A stretch of 64,000 bases of DNA from an uncultured Nitrososphaerota archaeon (lineage in GTDB: Archaea; Thermoproteota; Nitrososphaeria; Nitrososphaerales; Nitrosopumilaceae). Where the stretch lies: positions 96,001 through 160,000 of the forward strand of contig CAWGPD010000004.1 of the NCBI GenBank assembly GCA_963824385.1, given 5' to 3'. The translations under genes and the position numbers were made by a program. The notes below the pieces were generated by a model that was not told the origin of the DNA, searched no databases, and was given only the letters and a program-made list of their open reading frames with translations. Below, piece after piece: positions 31,707-40,860 of the stretch. Position 1 is the first letter of the stretch. The number at the start of each line of letters is the position of its first letter.

Positions 31707-32204
31707 GGGATTCAATTCCTTATAGTAAAATGGTCTATTTCTACCCCCCTATTTTACACCAAACTTGTTAGATCAGAGCAATTTACCAAGTCAAAAAATT
31801 GATAAAAATGATAATTTCTCCAAAATATTGTAATTTTGGAATTTACGCTCAATGGTTAAACCCCCAGTTATTTTCTACTAATTAGGCATAATGTGATTTT
31901 TTCAAAATCGTCTAATTTTAGGGGGGGTGTAACACTTGTGCGTGCATATGCAAGCCAAGGGTCAAAACACCCCCATTACTCAGTAAGAGTTTCATTTTCT
32001 TTTAGCAATATGAAGAAAAGCTAAACCCTAGTTTTTTGTGGTGAATTTTCAAATTTTGAAATGTTACAAAATATCAATATCGGAGACAGGCACAGATAAT
32101 CCCTAAAACCAGGTAGTTCATGCCCTAAAACCCTGGGGTATTGGACTAGAAGTTGATAGAAAACGCTCAAAATTTTCAGGATAAATGTTAGTGGACTCTA
32201 TTTT

Positions 32205-32468
32205 TCAGACAATAGATGTCCTTGCCATTTCTGGAATTTTTTCTCTTGCTTGAACAATTTCTATCTCCACAGTTTCAATTGGCTCATCCACTACATTTCG
32301 TTTAATGGAGAACATCTTTGGCTTATCAAAATCTTTAGTGCAGTCGGGACATGCATAAACCAGAACCCTATATTCATTGGGAGCTTTTGGGTTTGAAAGG
32401 CGAGGGTAGTAAACTAACCTGCCTCCACAATCCACGCAATATCTATTTGCGCGTCTTGTTCTGGCCAA
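32205..32468 (-). CDS. Zinc-ribbon protein
   Basis: CVDCG...CPDC; AGGAGGT SD before the TTG start. Confidence 0.8.
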   Translation of the reverse strand: MARTRRANRYCVDCGGRLVYYPRLSNPKAPNEYRVLVYACPDCTKDFDKPKMFSIKRNVVDEPIETVEIEIVQAREKIPEMARTSIV

Positions 32469-32556
32469 TGTGGACCTCCTGCATATACCATCATGATATG
32501 ATCTATATTAGATCCATACAGTCTAATAGAATCAACCAATATGTGATCGCATTACA

Positions 32557-32584
32557 ATATTTCATAACTCGAATTTAGAAATAT
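32557..32584. repeat. 28-bp palindromic element, copy 4
   Basis: ATATTTCATAACTCGAATTTAGAAATAT. Confidence 0.8.
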
Positions 32585-32638
32585 ACGATATTGAAACCTG
32601 CAATTTCCTGTTCAAAGAATTACAGTAATCAAAAAGTA

Positions 32639-32666
32639 ATGTTTCAAAACTCGAATTTAGAAATAT
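32639..32666. repeat. 28-bp palindromic element, copy 5
   Basis: ATGTTTCAAAACTCGAATTTAGAAATAT, 4 bp from the tRNA-Asn 3' end. Confidence 0.8.
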
Positions 32667-32670
32667 TAAG

Positions 32671-32744
32671 CGCCGCCCGCCAGACTTGAACTGGCGACCC
32701 GCTGGTTAACAGCCAGCTGCTCTACCACGCTGAGCTAGGGCGGC
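32671..32744 (-). tRNA. tRNA-Asn(GTT)
   Basis: GCCGCCC acceptor stem, CTGG-CT-GTT-AA-CCAG anticodon arm, GTTCAAGT T-loop; no intron, CCA not encoded. Confidence 0.96.
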
Positions 32745-32789
32745 AACAGACTTGTTCGTAGGATAAGCGGATTTATTCTTTGCTGAAAT

Positions 32790-33348
32790 CTATTTTTCGA
32801 TCTTGTCGAGTTTCTCAAAAAGATAAAGTCCGTCAAGGAAGACTCGATGATCTTTATTTTTGACTTTGGTGTTTTGTTGCAATGCCCCAGCAGTCTGAGA
32901 TACATCAGTCAGAACTGGACCAGTGATTACCACATCATCACCTTTTGGAACTACTTTGGTGTCACCAAATATTCTAGAGACTCTAGCCTGCACGTTCTCC
33001 TTGAAAGTTTTCCACGTGAATGTGACCATCTTTTACTTTAACTGTGATTGGAAAGTGTGCATATACAATTTTCATTTTAAAAGTATAGCCAGTCTGAACG
33101 CCCTTGATCAGCGTATTTACAATAGATTCTGCAGTTTTGAATATAGCATAATCTCGTTTTCTATCACCTAGAGATTTTAGGATGATGTTTTTCCCATCTA
33201 TTGCCAAATCTACAGGTATTTTTTTGAAAGTCTTTCTTGTTTTCCCTAGTGGTCCCTGGACATGCAATATTTTGTGACTTACAGATGCTTTTACTGCATC
33301 AGGAACTGGAATTGTTACTTCGTGTATCTCAACTTGCTTAGTAGACAT
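32790..33348 (-). CDS. rpl6: 50S ribosomal protein uL6; frameshift near 32988
   Basis: VYAHFPITVKV..ENFQGER then ...KDHRVFLDGLY after removing one G. Confidence 0.95.
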
Positions 33349-33730
33349 ATCCTATCAATAGCCCTCCCAAGCCACTCTTTGATGCCTCGTGATGAGACAT
33401 TACTCCTTGATTAGTAGTTACAATCAACATACCACGCGAGTATGATGGCAGATATTGTTGTTCCCACTTTGCATAATCACCCTTCTTTACTTTGAATCGG
33501 GGTGTAATTGCGCCACATTTTGTAATTTTTGCCAACAATTGTATCTTAAACTTGCCACCTTTTTTATCATCTACATGTTCAAATTCTCCAATGTAATTAT
33601 GATGTTGAAGTGTCTTTAGCACATCAGTAGCAAGTTTGGATGTAGGTAAAACAAGACATTCTCCTTTTCTTCTTGCCTCCGTGTTATACAAGGTGACAAA
33701 CATGTTTGCTAGAATATTAGTTGCTGGCAT
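33338..33730 (-). CDS. rps8: 30S ribosomal protein uS8
   Basis: YIGEFEHVDD, KCGAITPRF, TTNQGVMSH. Confidence 0.96.
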   Translation of the reverse strand: MPATNILANMFVTLYNTEARRKGECLVLPTSKLATDVLKTLQHHNYIGEFEHVDDKKGGKFKIQLLAKITKCGAITPRFKVKKGDYAKWEQQYLPSYSRGMLIVTTNQGVMSHHEASKSGLGGLLIGYVY

Positions 33731-33736
33731 TTTATA

Positions 33737-33913
33737 TCACTTAAATTTCCTAAACCCTAAAGAGTTTGCGACTTCTCTAAAGCACCGTCTGCAAAGATCT
33801 AGATCATATTTTTGAATTACAGCATTATAATCACCGCATCGCTTGCACCATCTGGAACCTTTTCCAAATGTATGGACTGTTCTGCCTGTTACTTTGTAAT
33901 CACGATTCTTCAT
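33737..33913 (-). CDS. rps14: 30S ribosomal protein uS14 (Zn type)
   Basis: Manual translation: GKGSRWCKRCG...LCRRCFREVANSLGFRKFK (58 aa, below track cutoff). Confidence 0.95.
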   Translation of the reverse strand: MKNRDYKVTGRTVHTFGKGSRWCKRCGDYNAVIQKYDLDLCRRCFREVANSLGFRKFK

Positions 33914-33914
33914 G

Positions 33915-34445
33915 TTATACTACCTGAATTCCAAACTCATGGGTTAGAAATGCTTTTGCATCTTCAGCAGTGATGATATGTGTACGTCCCACACTTGCTT
34001 TGTGTTTGCTTCTAAATCTAATATTGAAACCTGGTCTTGTAAGTGAAATTGAGATATCCATACCCAAGATTCCTACTTGTGGATCATATTTTACTCCTGG
34101 AATGTCTATGTGTTCCTTAATACCAAATGAAAGATTACCAAAATTATCAAATGATGAGCCCTGAATTTGATTACCCTTTGCTGCAAATAGCCTCTTGATA
34201 AGTACAATTGCAGGTTCATCACGTATTGTTACTGCAACACCAATTGGTTCACCCTTGCGTACACCCCAATCACGATATGTAGCTTTGGCAGATCGTGTAG
34301 ATGGTTTTTGTCCTGAAATATGCTGTAGAGCAACCTTTGCTTTTTCAATTGGGTCACCAGATTTTCCTACACCCATATTCAAAACTACTTTAGCAATTGA
34401 AATTTTCTTCATTGGAGATTCTGTTTGTTGTGCCATATCTATCAC
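33915..34445 (-). CDS. rpl5: 50S ribosomal protein uL5
   Basis: KVVLNMGVG, FDNFGNLSFGIKEHID, YDPQVGILG. Confidence 0.96.
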   Translation of the reverse strand: MIDMAQQTESPMKKISIAKVVLNMGVGKSGDPIEKAKVALQHISGQKPSTRSAKATYRDWGVRKGEPIGVAVTIRDEPAIVLIKRLFAAKGNQIQGSSFDNFGNLSFGIKEHIDIPGVKYDPQVGILGMDISISLTRPGFNIRFRSKHKASVGRTHIITAEDAKAFLTHEFGIQVV

Positions 34446-35158
34446 TGAATTTGTATCACCGGTTTATCTGTACCTATTGCCATTACCAAATCAGATTGAA
34501 TTTCAATTTGTCTATCACCAAGATCAACATCTGCTCTTTTTGGTAAGACAAATGTTCCAGATTTTACCTCTGTAAGTTTGCCCATACGTCCTGCATTTAC
34601 TCCACTTGTAATCATAACTTGAACTCCTTCTTTGAGAGGAATAATATCAAGAATCTTAGTTTTTGGTGTTTCAATCACACATGTATCTCCAACGTTTACC
34701 TTTGCATCAGAAATTAGAGTTCTACCATCATGGAATCCTAATTGAGTTTTCTTGCCCCTAATAGTTACCTTTGAAGTGACTTTGAGTAATTTCTTTGTTT
34801 TATCAGATGAGTTAATCTTGATTGGTTTTAAGACAGTCAAATCTTTTGGAACAAGTCTGTAAATATCAGGAACACCATCAAGCTCTACAACATCCATCAA
34901 ACCAATTCCATGATGAAGTGATTTTCTTACAATGCCGTCTACTTTGACTTTACCTCCATATATGACAGATTTTGCTTCCCTTAACGATGTAGCAAGTTTT
35001 AGAGTATCACGGAGAAATACAGCAGTTGGAATTGATACATCTTTTTTATGACCACCGGGTTTTACTGTAACAACAAATCGTTTGTCTTTTCTTGTAATAC
35101 CCCAGAAAAGTGGAGCCATTTGTCTTTTTAGTTTTTTACTGCCAGAAATGCTAACCAT
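34442..35158 (-). CDS. rps4e: 30S ribosomal protein eS4
   Basis: LKRQMAP..W, VKVDG.VR, GLMDV, HDGR. Confidence 0.96.
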   Translation of the reverse strand: MVSISGSKKLKRQMAPLFWGITRKDKRFVVTVKPGGHKKDVSIPTAVFLRDTLKLATSLREAKSVIYGGKVKVDGIVRKSLHHGIGLMDVVELDGVPDIYRLVPKDLTVLKPIKINSSDKTKKLLKVTSKVTIRGKKTQLGFHDGRTLISDAKVNVGDTCVIETPKTKILDIIPLKEGVQVMITSGVNAGRMGKLTEVKSGTFVLPKRADVDLGDRQIEIQSDLVMAIGTDKPVIQIQ

Positions 35159-35685
35159 TACTTAGTCCCCTTTGGTTTTTCGGTTTGTGATTTATCTTTT
35201 TTATCAGTCATTTTAGTATCCTTTGTCTTTTCTTTGGCAGCCTCTTTTTGTTCTTTTGGTTTTGTCTCTTTTGGTTTTGTCTCTTTTGGTTTTGTCTCTT
35301 TTGGTTCTGCTGCAGTTTCAGACTTAGGAGTCTTTGTTTTTTGTCCCTCTAATCTGTTTTGTCTCCATTTGTCTTCAAGATTTAATGAAGTAATAACAAC
35401 ATTTGATGGATGAATGAAAATGTCTACATTTCCACCCTTGAGTTTTTCACGTTTTATTCCCTCTATAGCAATTCCCCTCCTTTCTGTAGAAACACGAGTA
35501 ACTTTACCTTCAATTCCTTTGAATTCACCACGTAATACTTTAACACTGTCACCTTCGATAACACGCATGCTTTTACAATGATGTTTTTCTTTAAGATCTT
35601 TAGCAAGGTGAGACCCAAGTTGTTTGCTAAGCAAGTGTTTTGATGCAGTGTAAAGCATTCTTTTTCGGATTGTTGTTGGCTTCAT
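35158..35685 (-). CDS. rpl24: 50S ribosomal protein uL24 with Lys/Glu-rich tail
   Basis: GDSVKVLRGEFKG, IHPSNVVITSL. Confidence 0.95.
   Translation of the reverse strand: MKPTTIRKRMLYTASKHLLSKQLGSHLAKDLKEKHHCKSMRVIEGDSVKVLRGEFKGIEGKVTRVSTERRGIAIEGIKREKLKGGNVDIFIHPSNVVITSLNLEDKWRQNRLEGQKTKTPKSETAAEPKETKPKETKPKETKPKEQKEAAKEKTKDTKMTDKKDKSQTEKPKGTK
35252..35306. repeat. 15-bp tandem repeat (about 3.7 copies) encoding PKETK
   Basis: TCTTTTGGTTTTGTC x3 plus a partial copy. Confidence 0.9.
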
Positions 35686-35686
35686 A

Positions 35687-36124
35687 TTATACCACCATAG
35701 ATGCCAAGTTTGCAATTCTTGGATACTTTTCAGCGGCCTCGACTGCTACTGGTCCTTTGATTTCAGTACCTTTGATTTCACCCTCTGGTGTTACAAGTAC
35801 TGCAGCATTATCTTCAAATGTTACACGTGTTCCATTCAATCGTCTTACCGCATATTTTTGTCTAACAATAACAGCACCAAATATTTGTCCTCTAAGTTCA
35901 CCAGGACCTTTCTTAACTACTACATTACAAAAGTCGCCAACAGCTGCTGCAGGATAACGAGCAACTCTAGTTTTTGTTTTTTGAACCATCACAATTTCAA
36001 GAATCTTTGCACCAGTGTTATCTGCACATACTACTTGAGCTCCTAATGGAAGTGCTCTTGTAACATATGGTCTGAATTCTTGAACTCCTTTTGCTGATAC
36101 TGCACGACTTTTTGTTTGAGCCAT
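35687..36124 (-). CDS. rpl14: 50S ribosomal protein uL14
   Basis: CADNTGAK, FEDNAAV, KGPVA. Confidence 0.96.
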   Translation of the reverse strand: MAQTKSRAVSAKGVQEFRPYVTRALPLGAQVVCADNTGAKILEIVMVQKTKTRVARYPAAAVGDFCNVVVKKGPGELRGQIFGAVIVRQKYAVRRLNGTRVTFEDNAAVLVTPEGEIKGTEIKGPVAVEAAEKYPRIANLASMVV

Positions 36125-36447
36125 TATGATACTACCTCAACTACAACAAAAGAGACACTTTTTGAAATTGGTCTGCATTCAGCTGTAAGAACAATGTCAC
36201 CTTCTTTTACATCAATGCATTGAGGTCTGTGTGCATGTAACTTGCTTTGACTTCTAGCATATCTCTTTAACTTGATATCAAATCTTGGGAATTCTTGTTG
36301 TACTACGACAGTTTTTGGAGCTTTGGCACTAACTACTTTTCCTTGAACTAGTTTACCTCTAACACTTAGAACTCCATGAAATGGGCACAGGTCATCGTTG
36401 CATTCTGATTTTGGTACTTTAACTTGCAAGCCTATGTTTTTGGTCAT
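36124..36447 (-). CDS. rps17: 30S ribosomal protein uS17
   Basis: CPFHG.LSVRG, ECRPISKSVSF. Confidence 0.96.
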   Translation of the reverse strand: MTKNIGLQVKVPKSECNDDLCPFHGVLSVRGKLVQGKVVSAKAPKTVVVQQEFPRFDIKLKRYARSQSKLHAHRPQCIDVKEGDIVLTAECRPISKSVSFVVVEVVS

Positions 36448-36710
36448 GCTTTTACTCCCATTCTTTCATATGATCTTTTTGAAATTGATTTTCCAGCTAC
36501 AATTGAAGTTACTCCATTTAGATTAAATTTCCACATGGAATTCATTTTTGGCATGTGTTTTATGCCAGTGGAGGTTTCAATAGCAAACATAGATTTAGTT
36601 TCATCGATTATTTTTCCATGTAATCCTACCACTTGAGAATTATTAGATTCTAAAATAGTGGTTTCAAGTCCAATTAATTCATGACGTGCTATATTTTCAG
36701 TTGTAATCAT
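36444..36710 (-). CDS. rnp1: RNase P protein subunit Rpp29
   Basis: NIARHELIGL, GKIIDETK; canonical position. Confidence 0.92.
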   Translation of the reverse strand: MITTENIARHELIGLETTILESNNSQVVGLHGKIIDETKSMFAIETSTGIKHMPKMNSMWKFNLNGVTSIVAGKSISKRSYERMGVKA

Positions 36711-36910
36711 TTGGTTTTCAGCTCATTTAATCTAGTTAATACTCTTGCGATGTCTCTTCGAAGTGGCTTTACTTTACCACTATCTTTTCGTAATGTTCCC
36801 TTGGATGCCTCGATTTTTAATTTAGTTAGCTCAGAACGTAGTTGACCCAGTCTATCCTTAAGATCAGTCTCGTTAAATTCTCTTACAGTCTTCATCTTTA
36901 TTCGGGCCAT
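36707..36910 (-). CDS. rpl29: 50S ribosomal protein uL29
   Basis: RRDIARVLT motif. Confidence 0.94.
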   Translation of the reverse strand: MARIKMKTVREFNETDLKDRLGQLRSELTKLKIEASKGTLRKDSGKVKPLRRDIARVLTRLNELKTK

Positions 36911-37671
36911 TACTTGAGCTCCTCTTCTACCTCTTCAAAGGTTTCCACTTTTTCAATTAATTTTTCTTCTAATTCAATAACTTCACTTTCTGTACGTGGT
37001 TTTGTTGGGTCAATTTGTGCTTCCTCTACAATTTCAATCTCCAATGGAACTTCCTCGACTATGGGTTTTGCTTCTTTCTTGATTGCCTTTAATTCAAATT
37101 CTGGAATGAATCTTTCTTTTCTTGCAATTCTAATTCTGACCCCAATAAGACCCATTTTTGTCTGAACATGTGCAATATCTTCTGAAACTATTACCTCTGC
37201 GGCATGACCAGCACGTGGAAGTATACCTTTACTATGTTTTTCAAAGCTAGAACGATCACCTCTTAATTTACCTGAAGTTGTGATTTGTACACCCATTGCA
37301 CCTGCTTCCATGATTGTCTGCATTGTCCACATTACGGCTCGTCTAAATGCAGTACCTCTTGCAAGGTGTTGTGACATTCTATTACACATTACGCTAGGTT
37401 CAAGTTCTGGTTTTACAATTTCAATTACAGATATCTGTGGATTTTTAAGACCAAAGTCTTTTTCCAAAACTGCAGTAAGATCTCTTATTCCACTTCCTTT
37501 TCTTCCAATTACTATTCCAGGTCTTGTAACGTGCAATCCAACTCTGGTTCCAGTTGGAGTTTTTTGAATATCAACTTCTGAAAAACCTGCTTCTTTGATT
37601 GCTTCTCGTAGATAATCCTTCAAGAGCATTAATTTGTAACTATCATTGATGACATTTTTGACTGATGACAT
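36910..37671 (-). CDS. rps3: 30S ribosomal protein uS3
   Basis: MSSVKN...RPGIVIGRKG, GAMGVQI, SGKLRGDR. Confidence 0.95.
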   Translation of the reverse strand: MSSVKNVINDSYKLMLLKDYLREAIKEAGFSEVDIQKTPTGTRVGLHVTRPGIVIGRKGSGIRDLTAVLEKDFGLKNPQISVIEIVKPELEPSVMCNRMSQHLARGTAFRRAVMWTMQTIMEAGAMGVQITTSGKLRGDRSSFEKHSKGILPRAGHAAEVIVSEDIAHVQTKMGLIGVRIRIARKERFIPEFELKAIKKEAKPIVEEVPLEIEIVEEAQIDPTKPRTESEVIELEEKLIEKVETFEEVEEELK

Positions 37672-37673
37672 TT

Positions 37674-38130
37674 CTACAATTCCTGAGCTACTGAGCTCAA
37701 CATGAGTAAGAATATCTATTTTGGGCGATGATCTTCCCATTGCACGTGGAGTAGATCTTTTAAGTTTTCTACCTTTGTGAACAGTCGCATTAACTATTTT
37801 TAATCTATCAAGATCCATACCGCGGTATTCAGCATTTGACTCTAAATTATCAAGCAGTCTGAGAAATTCATTTGCTGCTTTTTCTGGATATCTTCCAGAC
37901 ATCACACCAGTATCGGATTTGTGACCAACTTCATTATTATATCTCTTAAATGGCACAGCACGTTCCAATCGTGTAACAGACTGGAGAAAACTTCTTGCAG
38001 ATTCTATAGACATGCCTTTTATGTGATGCCCAATTTCTCTTGCATGTTTGTGAGAAATAGTTTTTTCTCTTAACGCAGAACGTACGTGTCTTGTTTTATC
38101 ATAATTTTGGAAAGCGTAGTCAAAATGCAT
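37674..38130 (-). CDS. rpl22: 50S ribosomal protein uL22; an extra base near 37695 removes its stop
   Basis: GRYPEKAA, NAEYRG, PRAMGR, THVEL. Deleting one base restores VAQEL* 2 nt before the rps3 ATG. Confidence 0.93.
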
Positions 38131-38135
38131 AGATA

Positions 38136-38531
38136 TCACTTTAATGGCACATACAAGCTAGACCTTGATGCTCCCACACCAGGTGCTCCATGAACGACTC
38201 TCTTGTTGGTTAATACAAACTCTCCAAGATAATGTCCAACCATCTCTGGTCTGATTACTACGGGTTTGAATTCTTTTCCTGAATAAACATGAATTGTAAG
38301 ACCTGTAAAATATGGCAAAATTATAACGTCTCTAAGATGGGTTTTGATTTGTGTGCCAGTCTTTCCAGCGTTTGCAGCTTTGACTTCTTCGAGAAGTTTG
38401 CGCTTACCGTCTGTAATTCCTCTTGTAAGTGATCTTCTAGCTCTAGATGGCAAGAGTTTAAAGAGATTTTCTAATGACAGGGCCTTTAATTCTTCGATCT
38501 GAAGACCTCGATACTTGTATTCTTTAACCAT
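38136..38531 (-). CDS. rps19: 30S ribosomal protein uS19
   Basis: MVGHYLGEF, HGAPGVGASRSS.YVPLK. Confidence 0.96.
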   Translation of the reverse strand: MVKEYKYRGLQIEELKALSLENLFKLLPSRARRSLTRGITDGKRKLLEEVKAANAGKTGTQIKTHLRDVIILPYFTGLTIHVYSGKEFKPVVIRPEMVGHYLGEFVLTNKRVVHGAPGVGASRSSLYVPLK

Positions 38532-38572
38532 TTATTCTCACCATTACTTTAGTTGATTCAAGACTGACCATA

Positions 38573-38839
38573 TTATAGCATTCCTATCTTTGTAGCCAAG
38601 TCTCTTGCCTTTTCAACTGTCTGAAATTTTACAAATGCTTTTTTGCCATATATTGTTCTGCAGATATTTACCCTAATTGGATCCTCTTTGTAAAGAAGAG
38701 TTATTGCCTCTACAATTTTTGGCTTGGTTGCTTCTTCTTTTACCAGGAAACAGATTCTGCTTTGATTTTCAACTAGTGCAAATGTCTTTTCTGTAATGTA
38801 CGGTTTCAAAATTATGTGATTTGCTTCTTCAACATTCAT
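38573..38839 (-). CDS. rpl23: 50S ribosomal protein uL23
   Basis: PYITEK, KKAFVK. Confidence 0.94.
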   Translation of the reverse strand: MNVEEANHIILKPYITEKTFALVENQSRICFLVKEEATKPKIVEAITLLYKEDPIRVNICRTIYGKKAFVKFQTVEKARDLATKIGML

Positions 38840-39648
38840 TTTGTAGTCACCATAATTTCAAGATGAGGAGATTTTATTTTAGAAATTTCTTCAATGGCAC
38901 CCTTTGAAAATATTGTCAATCGGATTGGTCTTGCACCGGGAGCCAAGTCAAGTACGCTGACATTTTTTACATTTACTACATCTACTCCCAAAATAGAGCC
39001 TGCAGCTTTAGCAAGGTTCTTGGAATCTCTTACTACGAGCAATACACTCTTGCCTATCTTTGCTTGTCTGCCCCTAAGACGAGGTTTTCCTGTACGAGCT
39101 TTTCTCTCTTTTAGTCTATCAATATCTTGAGATAGATGTAAAGCATCGAAAATCTTTGCCAACTCTTTTGATTTGAATACAGATTCAATTTGATCAGAAA
39201 CAACTATTGGAAATGAATTTATTTTATCGACTTTGTGACCTCTAAGCTTTACCAAAGTAGCCGAAGTTGTTGCAGCCAATGCAGTACAAAGTGCAAGTCT
39301 ATTTTCTTTCTTGTTTAGCATTTTGTGTACTACTTTTTCTGAAGTTGGAGGATGCGCTTGTCTTCCCTTACGGGTCATTGCAACACCACCAGCTTGGCCT
39401 TGTCTTCCACCTCCACCGCCTGCCATTCTTGCAACTCTTGCTTGGTGATGACCGGTTGGAGGACTGTTTGATTCTGCAACCACATCCATACCTGCGTTTG
39501 GATATCTTCCTTGTCTTTGAAATCCGTGAGATTCCAAGTGGAGATATGCTTTGTGGATTAGCTCATTTCTAATTGGAGTTGAAAATACTAGAGGCAATTC
39601 AATGTCGCCATCGTTTGAACCCGTAGTTGAAAATACTGGAACTTTCAT
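38836..39648 (-). CDS. rpl4: 50S ribosomal protein uL4
   Basis: GRQAHPP, NKKENRLA, DLAPGA.P.RLT. Confidence 0.96.
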   Translation of the reverse strand: MKVPVFSTTGSNDGDIELPLVFSTPIRNELIHKAYLHLESHGFQRQGRYPNAGMDVVAESNSPPTGHHQARVARMAGGGGGRQGQAGGVAMTRKGRQAHPPTSEKVVHKMLNKKENRLALCTALAATTSATLVKLRGHKVDKINSFPIVVSDQIESVFKSKELAKIFDALHLSQDIDRLKERKARTGKPRLRGRQAKIGKSVLLVVRDSKNLAKAAGSILGVDVVNVKNVSVLDLAPGARPIRLTIFSKGAIEEISKIKSPHLEIMVTTK

Positions 39649-40643
39649 TTGTTAATCATAACCTCTAGTATTTTTGGTTGTGTAACCTTTGTTAATTTTG
39701 GTCTAACAGGAGCACGAAGTTTTACTAATCTTCTATAAGTTCCTGGAATTGAACCACGTATTACAACATAATCACCCTGAACTACTCCAAAGTGTTTGTA
39801 ACCACCTGTTGGGTTTATTTTTAATTCTTCATTTTCAGTGTTACTCATTATCATGATTCTATTATTATACTGAATTCTTTGATGGAAACCTCGTTGACCA
39901 GCTCTTGGAACAGTGTACATGATAGTTGAAGGACTGATTGGACCTAGTGTACCAAGAGCTCTAACACTCTTTCGTGATTTGTGTTGTTTCTTTTTGACAC
40001 CCCATCTTGTAATCGGACCTTCAATACCTTTTCCTTTGGTAATAGCTGCAATATCAACTTCGACCCCCTTCTGAAATACTTGATCAATTTTGACTTCTTT
40101 TCCCAATAGATTTTTTATAAACGCAAATTGTTTTAGAATGTCGCCACCTTTTACTGAAACTTCAAAAACATATGGCTTCTTTTGTTCAAGTCCTGCTTTA
40201 CGTGGAAGAATAGCTGCAATTGCAAAGAGTTCATCAATGTGATTAAGTAATTTTTCTGCTTTTTCAATTCCTTTTTCATCGGGTTTTGTTTTGAAAAGTC
40301 TTGAAAGTTCTTTTGGTAAATCTTTTGCATAAACATCAAAAGTTGAATCAACTCCATATCTATCTCTAGAATAACCGCGTATTCCAATTATAGACATTGG
40401 CGGTGTAACAACTACTGTACCAAGTCCGACAAGCTGTTTTCCAAAATTAGGAGTCTTTTCACGATCATCAATACTTGCTATACGCATACATGCTGCCTTG
40501 AAACCAGCATAACCTAATAGCTTTGGCTGATCTGCTTTGACATCTGGCCAAGTTCTAATTCTGGCTTCCATGCTCTTCGCTCTAGCCCTTGGTAAATATG
40601 CAAGGCTTCCCCTCCTAGGTTGACTATGCTTCCTATGACCCAT
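39645..40643 (-). CDS. rpl3: 50S ribosomal protein uL3
   Basis: PRRGSLAYLPR, TKGKG.EGP, VPRAGQ.GFHQR. Confidence 0.97.
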   Translation of the reverse strand: MGHRKHSQPRRGSLAYLPRARAKSMEARIRTWPDVKADQPKLLGYAGFKAACMRIASIDDREKTPNFGKQLVGLGTVVVTPPMSIIGIRGYSRDRYGVDSTFDVYAKDLPKELSRLFKTKPDEKGIEKAEKLLNHIDELFAIAAILPRKAGLEQKKPYVFEVSVKGGDILKQFAFIKNLLGKEVKIDQVFQKGVEVDIAAITKGKGIEGPITRWGVKKKQHKSRKSVRALGTLGPISPSTIMYTVPRAGQRGFHQRIQYNNRIMIMSNTENEELKINPTGGYKHFGVVQGDYVVIRGSIPGTYRRLVKLRAPVRPKLTKVTQPKILEVMINK

Positions 40644-40723
40644 AGATAAATGGCAATTGTCGAAAACCCCATTATAAGTCTATAAGCGAAAAAGAGTAAA
40701 AATTTGATTTTTAAATTGAGATC

Positions 40724-40828
40724 TTAGTGCAAAAAATGCATTATGCTTGAAATCATGACAATACTTCCAATTAGAATTCCTGCAACACCTGCAATAATTC
40801 CAAAAAGTAAAAATTTTTTTTTCTCCAA
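40724..40828 (-). CDS. 34-aa single-TM microprotein
   Basis: TTG start: MEKKKFLLFGIIAGVAGILIGSIVMISSIMHFLH. Confidence 0.5.
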   Translation of the reverse strand: MEKKKFLLFGIIAGVAGILIGSIVMISSIMHFLH

Positions 40829-40860
40829 TATTTTCTTACCAATCCAGATCCATATTAAAA

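Noticed and set aside
28578..32666. CRISPR array formed by the 28-bp repeats
   Set aside because: Spacing is irregular (54 bp to about 1.6 kb) with genes in between, copies are degenerate and no cas genes are present.
36910..38139. Apparent natural uL22-uS3 fusion (409 aa)
   Set aside because: Removing one base near 37695 restores a normal uL22 end and a stop 2 nt before the rps3 ATG; this fits the window-wide indel pattern.
32790..40643. Absence of rpl2 and end of the r-protein cluster after rpl6
   Set aside because: To my knowledge this is the usual arrangement in this lineage.
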